Shown: positions 12,906 to 26,910, numbered from the stretch's first letter. The stretch is DNA of 64,000 bases from Octopus vulgaris (GCA_951406725.2 OX597814.1:203112001-203176000); one strand, 5' to 3'. Made by a program: numbers and translations. Notes: generated by a model not told the origin, from the sequence alone.

Positions 12906-15821
12906 CTTAACAAGTGACAAATGGGTGCATAGCATTGACAAGCTCCTTGTTGGATGAAATGCATTTGTCATTTACGTGAATGATTGTTGTAATGATGTCC
13001 ACCTTGCTATGATCGGTATATATTCTGTGTTTTTAACACATGTCTATGACAAGATTTTCTTTTAGTATAGTAATACCTACAGCAAATATTTGGACCAGGC
13101 TTTTGGTCTAACAATAACCTAGAAGAAATAATGATTTTTTTCCATCCTTCCCACCACCAGCTGCACCAGGACAAGTCTTGGAGGCTTTGCAACAAAGCTG
13201 CCATGATATTTTGAGATGTGCTACAGGTTTTATGGATAGGGAGTTATCTCCCTTGCTGGACATTGTTTACAGCACGTGACAGGAAGTGAGAGTATTTAGA
13301 TGGTGATCTCCTGAAATGCATGGGGGGGGGTTCTGCTGTGAGGTTCCCTGTGGTACAAGAGAACCTGGACATTGATATGTGATGTTCTTTGTAGTATTTC
13401 TTGATTTACAGACAATATTACCTGGGTGCTTGTGCCACATTAGAAGCACTAAGTCCACTCTGCTGAGAGGTTGGTGTCAGAAAGGACATCCAGCTGTAAA
13501 AAGCTTGCCAAAACAGTTGCAGAAGTCTGGTGCAGGCTTCTACCTTGCCGGCTCCAGTCAAACCGTCTCACCCATGCCAGCATGGAAGGCAGGCATTAAA
13601 TGATGATGGTGATGATGTTGATGATGATGATGATGATGTAGCAGTCTAGTGTTGGTCATTACTCTTTGACGTGAATCTGCTCCTACCAGCTAAGAAGGCA
13701 TTCCAGTGGCAAAAGCCAGTCCTTATTCAGTTCTGTTTACATCCAGAGTTCAAATCCTACCAAAAATCATACCATCTTAGTTTTCCTGGGTTGATAAAAT
13801 AAAGTATCAGCCAAATAATTGCCTGATACTGGTGTCTCCCAGATTTCTTGCAGCAAAATACTACAATGTTATAGTGGGGTTTTGGAGGGGGGGGGTTGTT
13901 GTTTTTTTTGTTAGAAGTATTCTTTTCAACTATCTACAAACACAGCCAGGGATGAATAAAAAATTCTCAAACTTGAGGGGATGGGCCCTCATATATGGAT
14001 CCAAATGGCACAGGGCCCACTTGCCATCGGGCAAGCTGACAACCTGGCCAGTCCATCACTGCATGTGAGGAGCAATGACCCCATCACCACCAGATGTTAT
14101 TAGTTTTGATAGACATTGTGTTTGGTGCAATCTGACAGAAGAACAACAACAGGAGACGGAGACAGATGGAGCTGGCCGTCTTAAAACTTCATATCTGAAC
14201 TAATAGACTGCTGGGTTATTCCAAATGACAAGATTGGTAACCTCCATGTCCTGAATCTACTCCACATGTTTCAATGAGATAAATACAAAATAATTATAGA
14301 ATTGTAAAGGTGATGGAAGAGAGAATAAAGATATGATGAGGAGGGAGATGGTGTGAAAGGATAAACAAAGACAAACACAGGCACATAATTTGAAAGAGAG
14401 TTTAAAATGTATATAATACAGATATAGTAATAATAACACAGTTTGGTTTTGTGTTACTTTGCATGAAATGTGTGTTTGTCTACAATCATATCTGTGGGTT
14501 GGTTGTGTTCTCACCAAAGAACATGAATAAAGAATATTTAATGCATTCATTTCAATGGAAATAGTTATTTTATTTGAAGGATATTTTATTCTTAACATAT
14601 GAGCAAAGAATTTTTCAAACTTTAGAAATATAGATTTTCTTATCAATCATTTTCCAATAAAGGGATTTTTTTTTTTTTTTTTTTTTTGAAGTTTGCTTTT
14701 TTGAAAAATTTTCAAAAAATTCTTACAGGCAGATGTTTTTTAGCATTGATTATCCTCTTTTTTTTTTCTTTTTTTTTTTTGAGGACATTTAAACATTGAT
14801 TTGGTGTTTGTTTACATTATTTTTATTATTTTATATTTTTATATTTAAATAATTTGTCTTTGGTGTGTATTTTTATTGGAGAAAAAAATATACAATCAAG
14901 CTTTTAGATCTTCAAAGAAAGCTTTCTAACATCTTCTGCATTAATTTGAAAAAGAAAATGTATTCCATTAATAAAGCCCACCTATTAAGGAATGTACTGG
15001 AACCTGGGTGTTAGTAACAATGGAGAACATGGTGGAGAGAGAGAATGTGTATGTGTTTGTGCATGGAAGAGACAGAAAAATACAATGTATGTGTATGTAT
15101 GAGATAGACAGATAGTTATTTAATCTAAATCATATCTAGCTTAAACATTTTATCTATCCCCATGATTCATTATATAGATATTATATGCATAGACATTTTC
15201 CACTTGTTTTGAGAAGATTCCATATCCTTTTATTACCATTCTCGATGTCGGCTTTTAAATACCGGTTTAGTGTAGTGAATGAATACTACATCAGAAACGT
15301 GTTTTTTTCCTCTTCTTTTCTCAGTACCAGTTTGGGATATATATAATAGAACATAGAACTAGTTCATTCTCACTTTGCTATTAAATGTTTCCATTGATAA
15401 ATCTCACAACTTTTACAAAGGCAAAACATAAATTATATTGAAAATATTTTTATTGTTCTTATAAATGTTTAGCTTGAAAATTGGCAGCTGCTAGACACAC
15501 TTGCAGTTTTGTTCTGTGACTGAACAAAAATGGAAAGCATTCACCACTATACAACTATACATAATATATACATATATATACATATATATATATATATCTG
15601 TCTGGCACCAGTGCGGGTGGCACGTAAAAAGCACCCACTACACTCACGGAGTGGTTGGCGTTAGGAAGGGCATCCAGCCGTAGAAACACTGCCAGATTTG
15701 ACTGGGCCTGATGAAGCCTTCTGGCTTCACAGACCCCAGTAGAACCGTCCAACCCATGCTAGCATGGAAAACGGACGCTAAACGATGATGATGATGATGA
15801 TGATGATGATATATATATATA

Positions 15822-16215
15822 CTCTTTACTCTTTTACTTGTTTCAGTCATTTTGACTGCGGCCATGTTGGAGCACCGCCTTTAGTCGAGCAAATCGACCC
15901 CGGGACTTATTCTTTGTATGCCCAGTACTTATTCTATCGGTCTCTTTTGCCGAACCGCTAAGTGACAGGGACCTAAACACACCAGCATCGGTTGTCAAGC
16001 AATGCTAGGGGGACAAACACCGACACACAAACACACACACACACACACATACATATATATATATACGACAGGCTTCTTTCAGTTTCCGTCTACCAAATCC
16101 ACTCACAAGGCATTGGTTGGCCCGGGGCTATAGCAGAAGAGACTTGCCCAAGATGCCACGCAGTGGGACTGAACCCGGAACCATGTGGTTGGTTAGCAAG
16201 CTACTTACCACACAG
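15822..16215 (-). mobile_element. CORE-like tRNA SINE with internal (TA/CA)n spacer
   Basis: GGCATCTTGGGCAAGTCTCTTCTGCTATAGCC core, microsatellite, then GTAAAAGAGTAAAAGAG tail; other copies at 31995-32402(+) and 50152-50530(-), plus many fragments. Confidence 0.85.
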
Positions 16216-16304
16216 TCTGGATTGTGTGTGTGTACATCATCAGTATTTTTTTGTCTGCTTTTCCATGCCTGCATGGGTTGGATGAGTCCTCGCTGACATA
16301 GTCT

Positions 16305-16700
16305 TACCATTTATTGCCTTTCTTTGTCATCTCCTTTGTGAAGTCCAGCATCCTGAAATCAATTTTAACCACTTCTACCCCATTTCTTCTTTGGTCTTTC
16401 TCTTCTATAGTTTCCTTCCATGTGGCTCTCAAGGCACCTCTTTACCAATTCCTCATCATCCATGTTCATTACATGACCCTACCCAGACCGTCATCTCTCT
16501 TACACTTTACTTTTGCTTCCTCTTACACCCAGTTTTTTCTCTCAGTCCATCTCTATCACAACACTCATGTACACTAACATTTCACATCTGCTGTTTTTAA
16601 TGCCAACGTCTCCCTACCATGCAGCATCACACTTCATACCAAAGCAACTTACATTCAACCCCATTGCTCAAAGAGCGAATCTCCTCTTTAGTCTTATTCA
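16305..16700 (-). mobile_element. Highly decayed RTE ORF C-terminal fragment
   Basis: Reverse translation gives GHVMNMD...EGNYRRERPRR...DFTKEMTK, matching the RTE C-terminal pattern. Confidence 0.55.
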
Positions 16701-16954
16701 GAACACTCTCCTCCACTGCTGAGTAGTTTGTCAGGCTGACAGAAGCCATCAACTACTTCTATGGAACCTTCCAAGCATCAAAATGAGTTTATTTTACTGG
16801 TGCTCTGACTGCTAACTACTCCTGTGCATCTACCACATACACAGTCTTAATTTGCCATCAACCTGCCTGTTTCAGTTGCATTCATTGATTTTTTTACAGC
16901 CCTGCTACCTTTATGCAATACCCATCAATGTATTATTCACTGTTTCCTATGCAT

Positions 16955-17266
16955 CAGTGGTTCTCAACTAGTGTCCATATGCCCTTGAGGTTCCATATAG
17001 GATTTTGTCATTAAAATTTGCCCCAGCATGGCCACAGCCTTAGGGCTGAAACATAGAAAAGAATAAAAGATCAAAAGTATAATAAATTAATTATATTTCT
17101 ATAATACACAAAATATTTTGCTAATTTTTTATACAGTTCCTAGTAATATTTAATTATGAAAATATAAAAAAAGGTATTTTTTAAGCATCAAATGACTATA
17201 GGGGTCCATTTTGAGTAAAATAGGGATCAAATGGGTCTACAGGCAAAAAACTGTAGAGAAACTCTG
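16955..17266. mobile_element. hAT (Charlie-like) non-autonomous element
   Basis: CAGTGGTTCTCAAC left end, degenerate GTAGAGAAACTCTG right end, 8-bp TSD CTATGCAT/CTCTGCAT. Confidence 0.7.
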
Positions 17267-17481
17267 CTCTGCATCAAAGCATGAATTATGTCTTAGCAAA
17301 TGACAAATGGATGCACAGCATTGTCAAGTCCCAAGTTGGGCAAAAACACATTTGTCATTCTTGGGAATCACTGCTGCAGTGCTGTTTGCCTCATTCTAAT
17401 ATACTTGCGTTATCACATTTGTGAAGAGATTTTCTCTCAGACAAAAACCACAGCATCATGCCTTTCAATGGTTTATATACA

Positions 17482-17788
17482 TCTCTCTATATATAAACAG
17501 CAAAATGTCTGTGTGTGTTCTTTATACAAATCCACAATTTTTCAGTTAGAGGGCTTGCACTTTCTATGGTCATTCAAAACCATCCAAGGATGGTCGTGCA
17601 CATCTTTACATTTCCCCAGTCACCCTGTAAAGCCATTAAAAAATCAATAGAAGTGACTTTTTTGTGAATTTTCTATCCAAAACCCAATCAAAATGCCCAA
17701 AACTTGATATGCCAATTGAATGCCAGCTAGCTGTATGTGATTGGTCGGAGATTTGGACAGTACTCATGTTGCTGGGTCATAGTGCTAG
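17482..17788 (+). mobile_element. Short non-autonomous Helitron
   Basis: A|TCTCTCTATATATAAA 5' end and ...GCTGGGTCATAGTGCTAG|T 3' end; inserted at AT without a TSD. Confidence 0.65.
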
Positions 17789-19451
17789 TTTAATATAATG
17801 GTGATTTTGATTTAATGCTTTTTAAATTACGTCCACTGCAGGTTTTTTTTCTAACCTAGCTTGAAATATTGCTTTCAGATTTTAGCACATGGCTAGCAAT
17901 TTTGTGTGCGCTAAGTTGTTTACATTGACACCAGTATACAGCTGGTACTTATTTTAATGACCTCGAAAGGACAAAAGTCAAACTCAACCTCAGCAATATT
18001 TAAATTCAGAACATAAAGCCTGAAAAAATGCCACTAAGCATTTTCGCCATCTCAGTGATAATTCTGCTAGCTTGACACCTTACTTTTAGCTTGAAATATT
18101 AAAATTATGTCTCTAATCATCATCATCATTGTCATCGTTTAATATCCGCTTTCCATGTTGGCATGGGTTGGACAGTTTGACTGAGGGCTGGCAAACCAGA
18201 AGGCTGCACAAGGCTCCAATCCAATCTGGCAAAGTTTCTACAGCTGGATGCCCTTCCTGACGCCAATCACTCTGAGAGTGTAGTGGGTGCTTTTTATGTG
18301 CCACCAGCATGAGGGCCAGTCAGGCGGCACTAGTAATGATCACGCTCAAATGGTGCTTTTTACATACCACTGGCATGAAACCAGTCAGACGGCACTGGCA
18401 TCAACCACACTCAAATGGTGCTTTGTATGTGCCACCGGCATAGGTGCCAATCGGGCGGTACTGTCATCAGCCTCAACAACAATTTCTAATATACATTGAT
18501 ACTTGTGAAAATGGTCATGGTGAAATCAACTACTTTAAACATTCAGTTGTAGACTGGAGAACAACAATTGGAAGCTGGATCATGCCCCCCCATAGTCATA
18601 CTGATCCTGGATCTGTGGGATTCCTTGACTGCAGGTTCCCCTTTATCAGGTGGGCTACATCAGCCATTCACATTTTGTATACTATATAAACATTTTAGCT
18701 CATTTCTCCCCTTTTCCTTCTTTTTCTTTCTCTTCACACCATTTCTATGTAAATCTCACATACAAATTGTAAATCATCCTTGTAATGTCCCCCCTCATTA
18801 ACCACCCTTCTAACCAATAAAAGTAATTGTTGTTTTACTTATATCTTTTTATGTTAGGATGGATGGGCATGCAATTTGTTGAAGCATTGGTTTTTACAAC
18901 ACCATTCTTATTCCTATCACCAATCCAGAAACCTGTCTTATTTCTTGACCATTGTGGTCAGTAGTCTAGCACTTCAATTTTACAGTATAATATCTTGTAT
19001 AAGATAGATCAATTTCCATCTCTGTTTGAGGCAGTAATTTTACTATTATTTTCTTAGCCTTAAAGTAAATATATTGTTTAGATTTGTGATGAACAGGAAT
19101 TTAGTTTGTTTACGAAACCTCTAGAATAACACAATGCTTGTCATTTCCAGACCTCATATTTATTGATCAGCTAAATTAATATTTCACAAATTTCTTAAAA
19201 ACTACTTTAATTTTAGTTTGCTCTTCTCGTGAAGAGCTGCTTATTTCAAATGACTATCAGAATGAAACCCAGGCCTTGTCAGCTATCTACTCATTCATTG
19301 TGCTTCGTCAGTAATCAGAGATAATTAAACACCTCATTTAAAAAATTTCTTATCAAAAGACTTAGCTCGTCAAACTTTGTAATTCATAACGAAACCATTG
19401 ATAGGCATCTGACAAACGCATAATAATGCTGCATGCCTTTTTAATTATTTT

Positions 19452-19452
<1 letters not shown>

Positions 19453-19498
<46 letters not shown>

Positions 19499-19530
19499 CC
19501 ATCGTCGTTGTCGTCATCATCATCTTCATT
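19453..19530. repeat. (ATC)n microsatellite
   Basis: Trinucleotide run. Confidence 0.97.
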
Positions 19531-21989
19531 ATTATTTGGTATTCCATAGCTTACAATACCTCTGACCTTTTCAAAGTCGAAGCTGCCACTAGCATTAATA
19601 CTGATCACATTACAAAAATCCAAACAGTTGGAAAAAAAAAAAGAACCAGTTATTGAATTATTGGCAGCTTTTGTCTTTTAATAAGAGATGAAATATATAA
19701 AAATGATGACATAGACATTATGAGAGTGTGTATGTATATATACATATATACATTCACACGCACACAAGCAAAAACTCATTTTCATTTTGTGAAGGTATTT
19801 TCTATAAAAATGCATTTTTTGTTTGTACATTTTGATTGGCAATAACTTTATGGATAAATTTCACTAATGCTGAAGATTAAATCGGAGGAGTGAGAATTTT
19901 ATTGTTGGCACTAATTGAGATTTTCTTTCTTTCTCTTTTCTAATTATTTCTTGTCTTTATTTTCATCACTTATTTTTCTGGCCAATCAGTGTTAAGTTTT
20001 TTAAAAAATGGAAGAATGATTTATGAGTGGAACCAGATGGAGGCAAGCAAAAATGGCCCCTGTCTTTCCAGTCGACCATACTTGTATCAAGTCAACGTAG
20101 GATTCTGTATAATGTTACCCATTCTGCTAGAGATAGCAGCAAAGTATCCTTTAAAGCACATCCTTCAATTTTAAAAGGAAAGACACAGTAGATAATTTGA
20201 GTTCTAGATAGCCCTAAATAAAGATAAGTGGAATGCTTTCTATCCTATATCTGCTTTATCAGGGTTGATGTGGGGCTAAACATTAAAGAACCTACTTTTA
20301 TGGTCCAACTTCATATAAAAGCTAAAGATGGCCAGTTTTATTGCATCCCACATACCCTATTATCAGTTGATCCAGATAGGAAAAAAAAGGGGGTTCTGTG
20401 TAAAAATACATCTTAATGTCATAATTTTCATCATTATTTTTACTGTTTTCCCTATTGATACAAGTTGGATGGGACTTTGAGGTAGGTTTTTGTAATTGGA
20501 TTCCCTTCTGGATGTCAACCTCTTTAGTCACCTCTAATGTTTAAACTTAGGACAGACAGACTAGTTTATTATAAGAAAGAAAGGGGGTTTTATTCCAAAC
20601 GCTTAAAAAACAATGAAAAACTAAAAAAGAACCCCACTGCCCTCTGTTACAGTAAACTGGATGATAAGCTTGACCTGTTGTCCAGTTTATCAATATGCCT
20701 CAACTGACCACTTAGGAAGCTATTGAAATGAAATGAAAATAAAAACAAACAGCAATCATCTCGTTATTGTTTCAACATCAAATTTCTATGCTTGCATGGG
20801 TTGGACAGAGTTTATTGAGGCAGATTTTTGACAGCTGGATGCCATTCCTGTCACCCTCACCCCATGGCCAGAAATGTTTTCACAGAATATTGAAAATGAA
20901 AGACACTGCTCGTGTGACAGTGACACTCATTTATAAGTATCGTCACACAATGTCAAAACAAGGAGACACACATCACATACACGTACACACATACATACAC
21001 ACATATATATTAAATACAAGAGCGTGATCGTTGCCAGAGTGGCTATCTGGCCTCTGTGCTGGTGGCACATAAAAGACACCATTTGAGCGTGATCGTTACC
21101 AGCATTGCCTTACTGTCACCTGTGCCGGTGACATGTGTAAAAGATTTGAGCGAGGTCGTTGCCAGTACCACCTAACTGGCCCTATGCTGGTGGCATGTAA
21201 AAAGCACCCACTACACACTTGGAGTGGTTGGCATTAGGAAGGGCATTCAGCTGTAGAAACTCTGCCAGATCAAGATTGAAGCCTCGTGCAGCCATCTGGT
21301 TCACCAGCTCTCAGTCATTCATCCAACCCATGCTAGCATGGAAAGCGGACGTTAAACAATGATGATGATGATGAATGGGCTTCTTTCAATTTCCATCTAT
21401 CAAATCTACTCACAAGGCTTTGGCCAGCCCAAGGCTAATATAGAAAACACCTGCCCAAGGTTCCACACACTGTGTTTTTGGGAAGCAATCTTCTTAACTA
21501 TGCAACCACGTCTGTGCTCGTCAACTTGAATCTGTTAATTATTTCATAAGATTGATTGATTGTTCATGATAAGAATATATTATAGTTTATAAATTGCTAT
21601 TCATCAGTCATTGTCAGTCACAAGAATTAAAAACAAAACATTATGTCATTGATGAATTCAAAACAAACATTGTATTGATAAAAGATTATACCATTTCTAA
21701 TTGGGAATATTCAAAACTAATTTTAAGCATGTCTGTGTAGTTAAGAGGAGAACTTGACAAACACATCAGTCTGGACACAGTCCTTCTGCAGCACCTTGGG
21801 GAAGCGGGGAGAGGGCTGGGTTTAGGAGGGATACTCAGTGCCAGGAACAAAATCAGGGGTAATGGCAGGGTGCTGCCATTGGCAAAATGAAGGGGTCTTC
21901 AGGGAAAAAAGGGGAGTTGAAATGGGCATTAATGAGTATTTCATGGAAAATTAAGTGGTAAGGAGATAATATTGAGTAGGGCCTCATTT

Positions 21990-23110
21990 TTGCTTGGATG
22001 GGTGAGTCTTCTCAATCACAACAAATTGCCAATCCTTTCAGTCTTTTGTCATCACCTCTGTGAGTCTCAACATCTGAAGGTCATCTTCCATTTCATCCCG
22101 TGTCTTTTTGGGTTTCCTTCTTTAACAGGTTCCATTCACAATTAGCAAGCAGCTCTTCTTCAATCAATACATATTGTATGACCATACAAGTGCAGTCTTC
22201 TCTCTTGCACATTACACCTGATGCCACTTGTGCCCAAATTTTCTCTCAACACGTTTGCACTTTGTTGTACTTGCACAGTTAACATTGCACATCTAGTGCA
22301 GCATGCAAGCTTCATTTCTTTCTAACATTCACATGTCTTTGATTACCTGAGTTCTTAGTAAGGCGGCGAGCTGGCAGAAACATTAGCATGCTGGGTGAAA
22401 TGCTTAGCAGTAGTTCATCTGCCGTTATGTTCTGAGATCAAATTCCGCCGAGGTCGACTTTGCCTTTCATCCTTTTGGGGTTGATAAATTAAGTACCAGT
22501 TACACACTGGGGTCGATGTAGTCGACTTAATCCATTTATCTGTCCTTGTTTGTCCCCTCTGTGTTTATCCCCTTGTGGGTAGTAAAGAAATACATTCACA
22601 TGTCCTCTACATTCACAGCTCATGTCTCACTACCATCATACACTCTGCCTTCCTCTTTGAGAGAGAGAGAGAGATAATAGCATTCCAAAGTTTCTTTAGT
22701 CAGTTCTTATTCTAGCCACTTCTTTCTGAGCATCTCCCTCCACTGCTAATTAGGGATCCTAGGAAAAAGAAACTATCAATTGCTTCTAAGGATCATCTCA
22801 GGCATTCGAGGAGAGGGATTACCTGTATTCTTTGTTTTTAGTTGTTCCCACACATCTACCACACACAAACTCTACTTTCACTTTTAATCTTCCTTTGATT
22901 CCACTGCACCTCTAACATGTCCACTGTATATGCTGTATGGAATTTCTACCTACACATTCTCTACATCTCAAACAGGGCCATTTTCCTGAAGGGTTTGTCT
23001 ATTTTCCTGCTCGTTAGAACTTTGGTCTTTACTAAGTTAAATTTAAGGCTCTTTGATACTAGGTTTTGCTTCCACACCTGGTATTTCTTCTCTAAATCTA
23101 TTGCAGATTT
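21990..23110 (-). mobile_element. Decayed RTE LINE ORF (post-RT region with Cys-rich insert), interrupted by a SINE
   Basis: Reverse frames give DLEKKYQVWKQNLVSKSLKFNLVKTKVL, GKWPCLRCRECVGRNSI, a GSET-like motif and ERNEACML...QERRLHLYGH. Confidence 0.8.
22360..22592 (+). mobile_element. tRNA-derived SINE family A (GCCTTTCATCC..GGGG..GATAAATTAAGTACCAG core, resembling the Meta/MESC domain)
   Basis: Full-length copy; 13-bp direct repeat ACATTCACATGTC at 22325-22337 and 22592-22604. Confidence 0.88.
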
Positions 23111-23855
23111 ACCTGTGACAGGCTTCTTTCAATTTGTGTTTGTTAATCCACTCACAAGGCTTTCCCAGAGTGCCACACAGTAGGATTGACCCCAAAATCA
23201 TATATTTAGCAAGCAAACTTCTTAACCACACAGCCATGCCTGAGAGATCTGCTTCCTCTGTTTGGTTAAGTTTTGCTTTTGGCTTCATTGGTTGTAATGC
23301 AAACTGGAAAAAAAGTATCTATTTGGCCTCAACCTGTTTTAATCTTGCTTCACTGTTTGTAGTTGAGTTCCCAATAGACATATTATTCTTATATTTTGAC
23401 ATTTTTCCCCACATAAAACTTAAACATTTTACTTTTATTTATCAATGTAGCATATGAAAGGCTACATGGGACATAGTTGTTAAATGTTGAAAGTTGTGTT
23501 TATTCTCTGGATGAAAGAGCAGAGCTTGTAAAACTATCATGCTATTTTAACTTGAAACATCTCACCAAATAACAACTATTAATTGGAAATAACAGCTTGA
23601 TGTATAATATTTAGATTGATATTAATATAATGAGCTACAGCCATAACATGGTTGTTAATGGGACTAGTTTCAATTATAGATCATTTACTTCCTTTCATCT
23701 ATGTAATTTACAAATTCTGAAAATATTTTCACTCAGAAGAATATACTTTCAAGAGAAATATAATTTTGATATCTTTCCATGTCCAGTGCAAATAATAAAA
23801 AAAAGAAAGAAAAGCAAGTCTTATTTATTTATTTTATTCTTTAGTCCTCTTATTT

Positions 23856-24155
23856 CTCAGCTCTGTAATGGTTCCAATATGTCACAGCTACTCAGAGACA
23901 CATAGATACATTGATAGAGATGTTTTGGGGTCTCAGGGAGTTTGGGGGTCTCTTAATGGAGAAAATATAAAGATCATTTTTTTGTATTTTTAACCCTTTG
24001 CTTCCTCAGTTCTGTAATGGTTCCAATATGTCACAGCTGCTCTGAGACACATAGATACATTGATAGGGATGTTTTGGGGGTCTCAGGGAGTTTGGGGGTC
24101 TCTTAATGGAGAAAATATAAAAAAACATCTTTTCGTATTTTTAACCCTTTGCTTC
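23856..24155. repeat. Direct tandem duplication, two ~149-bp units
   Basis: CTCAG(C/T)TCTGTAATGGTTCCAATATGTCACAGC starts at 23856 and again at 24005. Confidence 0.92.
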
Positions 24156-25084
24156 CCCAGTAGTCCCAAAATACATCACACAAATGCTCTGGGATCCATC
24201 ATTAATGATGTTTCTGAAACATTAGAAGGGTTTGCCTATCTTCACAGAGTGATATACAGTTATAAACAATAAAAGTAAACTTTTGGGAATTTTAGTCCTT
24301 TAATTCCTAACAGAAGTGTCATAGACGTCTTTTACATTGGACAAAACTGTATTTCATAGAGAGGGCAGGACCTTTCCATTGTAAGCCTTGCGTTTCCTTG
24401 TTATTGATGTTTATCCAAGTGAAGTAACATTGACTTGGGTCAAAACAATTTGACACAACTGTCATTGCAGGTATTGCTTTTGGAACACAGAGTCAGATAA
24501 GCCACCACAAAGAATTTTGCCTGCCCCTCTAATTGTTCTGCAAATTCACTTCCCTGGAATGGTACAGTATTTATCAACCGTGAGAGGAGGAAATGCAGAG
24601 TTGACCATAGCAGGGTTTCAACTCATAGCATGTAGTGTTAGAACATACTATCAAGCATTCTTAATAACTCTGCTAATTCACTGTCTCGGTAGATTTAATC
24701 CGATATCCACTTTAACATTCCCTGACCCTTGTGTGCCTTCAACGGAGTCTACTTTGTTCCAGGCCTTTGGTTTAAGTCTCCAGCCTGGATATATCTTCAG
24801 CCCTTCTTCCTAGCTCTGAATGACCTGTAAATGATGTACATCGAAGACAAAAATGATTTTTTTAATTTCAAATAAAATGCATTCTACTGTCTTTAAAAAG
24901 AAAATGTAATGGTTTTATAGTCTACTGCCGTTCCAGATGTATAAGACATTTGGTCTTGTCTTACTGAAGATATGACAACATCTCTAGTGCTGGTGCTATG
25001 ATACAATTCACCTAGCATGTGTTGTATAGTAGTTGGTGAAAGGAAGAGTGCCCAGCTGTAGAAACCATGACAATATTGAAGGGA

Positions 25085-25705
25085 AGATATTAGGATTAGT
25101 TGGAACACTCCAGTACTTGAATGGTACTTTATTTTATCAACCTCAGTCGGAAGAAAAGTAAGTTGACTCCAGCTGGATTTGAACTCAGGATGTAAAGAGC
25201 CAGAACAAGTATCACAAAGCATTTTTTCAGTACTTTAACAAATCTGCCATCTTACCATCTTTGTAATGACAATTGCTTCAAATTTTGGCATAAGGCCAGC
25301 AATTTTAGGAAGAGTAAGTCAACACACCAACCCCCAGTGCTTAAATGGTATTTATTTTATCACCTCCATCCCCAAAAAAAGGATGAAAGGCAAACTTTGG
25401 TGGAATTTGAACTCAGGGTGTAAAGAGCCAGAAAAAATACCACTAAACCTTTTTTCTTAAACTTTATTGATTCTACCAGCTTCATAATAATAATAGTTTC
25501 AAACTTTGACACAATGCCAGCAATTTTAGGAGAGAGGGCTAATTGATTACACTGATATAAGTACTTGACTGGTACTTTTACTGACCCTGACAGGATGACA
25601 GGCAAAGTTGACCTCAACAGGATTTGAACCCAGAACATAAAGAGCCGGAAGAAATGCTGCTAAGCATTTTTGTCTGATGTTCTAATGATTCAGCCAGATT
25701 ATTGG
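25085..25705 (-). mobile_element. Cluster of three diverged family-A SINEs just upstream of exon B
   Basis: Repeated TGGTACTT...GGCAAAG...TTTGAACTCAG blocks. Confidence 0.7.
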
Positions 25706-25916
25706 CTTTACCTTGGTAAGAACAAGAAGATTATGTTATTGTCTTCAGAACTTGCTTTATCATTTTCTAGAATCTTAATTCTGTTTTCATAAATTTCATT
25801 TGTTTTTGTATATTTTATGATTTTGTAACCCTGTTTCCTTTTTTTTCTTAATTAATTTTTAGTTACTCAGTTATTTGTTATATTACTATTTTTTTCTCTC
25901 TTTTTCCTTTTTGTAG

Positions 25917-26097
25917 CTGACCTTGAGTATTAAAAGAATCAATCGTTACGCACCTGTATTCACCCAAGACAACTATCTGTTTATTACGCGACGTAATGTT
26001 ACCGTTGGCAGCTTTGTTGGACAAGTCAGTGCTTTCGATCAAGATGTTGGCCCCAATGGTCACATACACATGTACAGGATTTATGGTGGCAATGATG
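25917..26097 (+). CDS. Cadherin-superfamily gene, internal exon B (181 nt, phase 0/1): LTLSIKRINRYAPVFTQDNYLFITRRNVTVGSFVGQVSAFDQDVGPNGHIHMYRIYGGND
   Basis: Long pyrimidine tract plus TGTAG acceptor; GTAAGC donor at 26098; cadherin motifs N-x-x-APVF, V-G-x-x-V-x-x-V-x-A-x-D-x-D-x-G-x-N-G and Y-x-I. Confidence 0.93.
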
Positions 26098-26147
26098 GTA
26101 AGCAAACTATTCTTTACAGCTATTACTAGCATATATAGATATATATT

Positions 26148-26528
26148 GTGGAGGTGCAATGGCCCAGTGGTTAGGGCAGCGGACTCGCGGTCATAGGATT
26201 GCGGTTTCGATTCCCAGACTAGGCATTGTGAGTGTTTATTGAGCAAAAACATCTAAAGTTCCACAAGGCTCTGACAGGGAGTGGTAGCGAACCCTACTGT
26301 ACTCTTTCACCACAAATTTCTCTCACTCTTTCTTCCTGTTTCTGTTGTACCTGTATTTCAAAGCACCAGCCTTGTCACACACTGTGTCATGCTGAATCTC
26401 CCTGAGAATTATGTTAAGAGTACACGTGTCTGTGGAGTGCTCAACCACTCACACATTAATTTCACAAGCAGACTGTTCCATTGATCAGATCAACTGGAAC
26501 CCTCATCATCATAACCAATGAAGTGCCA
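26148..26528 (+). mobile_element. tRNA-derived SINE, head C + tail 1, ~50 bp downstream of the exon B donor
   Basis: GGAGGTGCAATGGCCCAGTGGTTAGGGCAGCGG head; TACTAGCATATATA direct repeats on both sides. Confidence 0.9.
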
Positions 26529-26863
26529 TGATATATATATATAATACTAGCATATATAATGGTAAGAAATTCTCAAGAGAGCTAAACAAGGTTTTTGAAG
26601 AAGAAACACCACTACCACTGCCCCTCACCCTCAGACAGGTATTTCAGCCCTTAACTTCTTATATTCCTAGGGAGCCAGGCTGAATCCCAGTCATGACTTC
26701 TGGATGCCTTCTACTGACACTTTTTAGCCACTTGGATATTTAAACCACTCAGAGAAAGATAGGTGTATGTAGGTAGATATATGGGCTCACTCATACACAT
26801 GTGCACACACGCACACTCACACACATAGACATAAAATAGTTTTATTTTGGCCAAGTCAGTCTG

Positions 26864-26910
26864 CTGTTACTCTGGAGTTTCACCTGTGTATTCATGAGTT
26901 CATCAGACAA
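26864..26910 (-). ncRNA. Minimal type I hammerhead ribozyme motif
   Basis: Minus strand: TTGT CTGATGA ACTCATG-AATA-CACAGGT GAAA CTC-CA-GAG TA ACAG. Intact core, GUA site, stem II with 5 of 7 pairs. Confidence 0.75.

Noticed and set aside
15708-15732. CTGATGA-AGCC-TTCT-GGCTT hammerhead-like start (also at ~37821)
   Set aside because: No GAAA or stem III follows; it is the stem-loop of the RTE 3' tail.
19362-19656. Poly-Met and poly-Ile membrane-like ORFs
   Set aside because: Translations of an (ATC)n microsatellite.
25923-26129. ORF-track 68-aa stand-alone protein
   Set aside because: It is exon B read from a non-ATG start and past the splice donor; the true limits are 25917-26097.
26148-26225. 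tRNA gene-like sequence with A and B boxes (also at 7880 and 29972)
   Set aside because: These are SINE heads continuing into SINE bodies with TSDs, not stand-alone tRNA genes.
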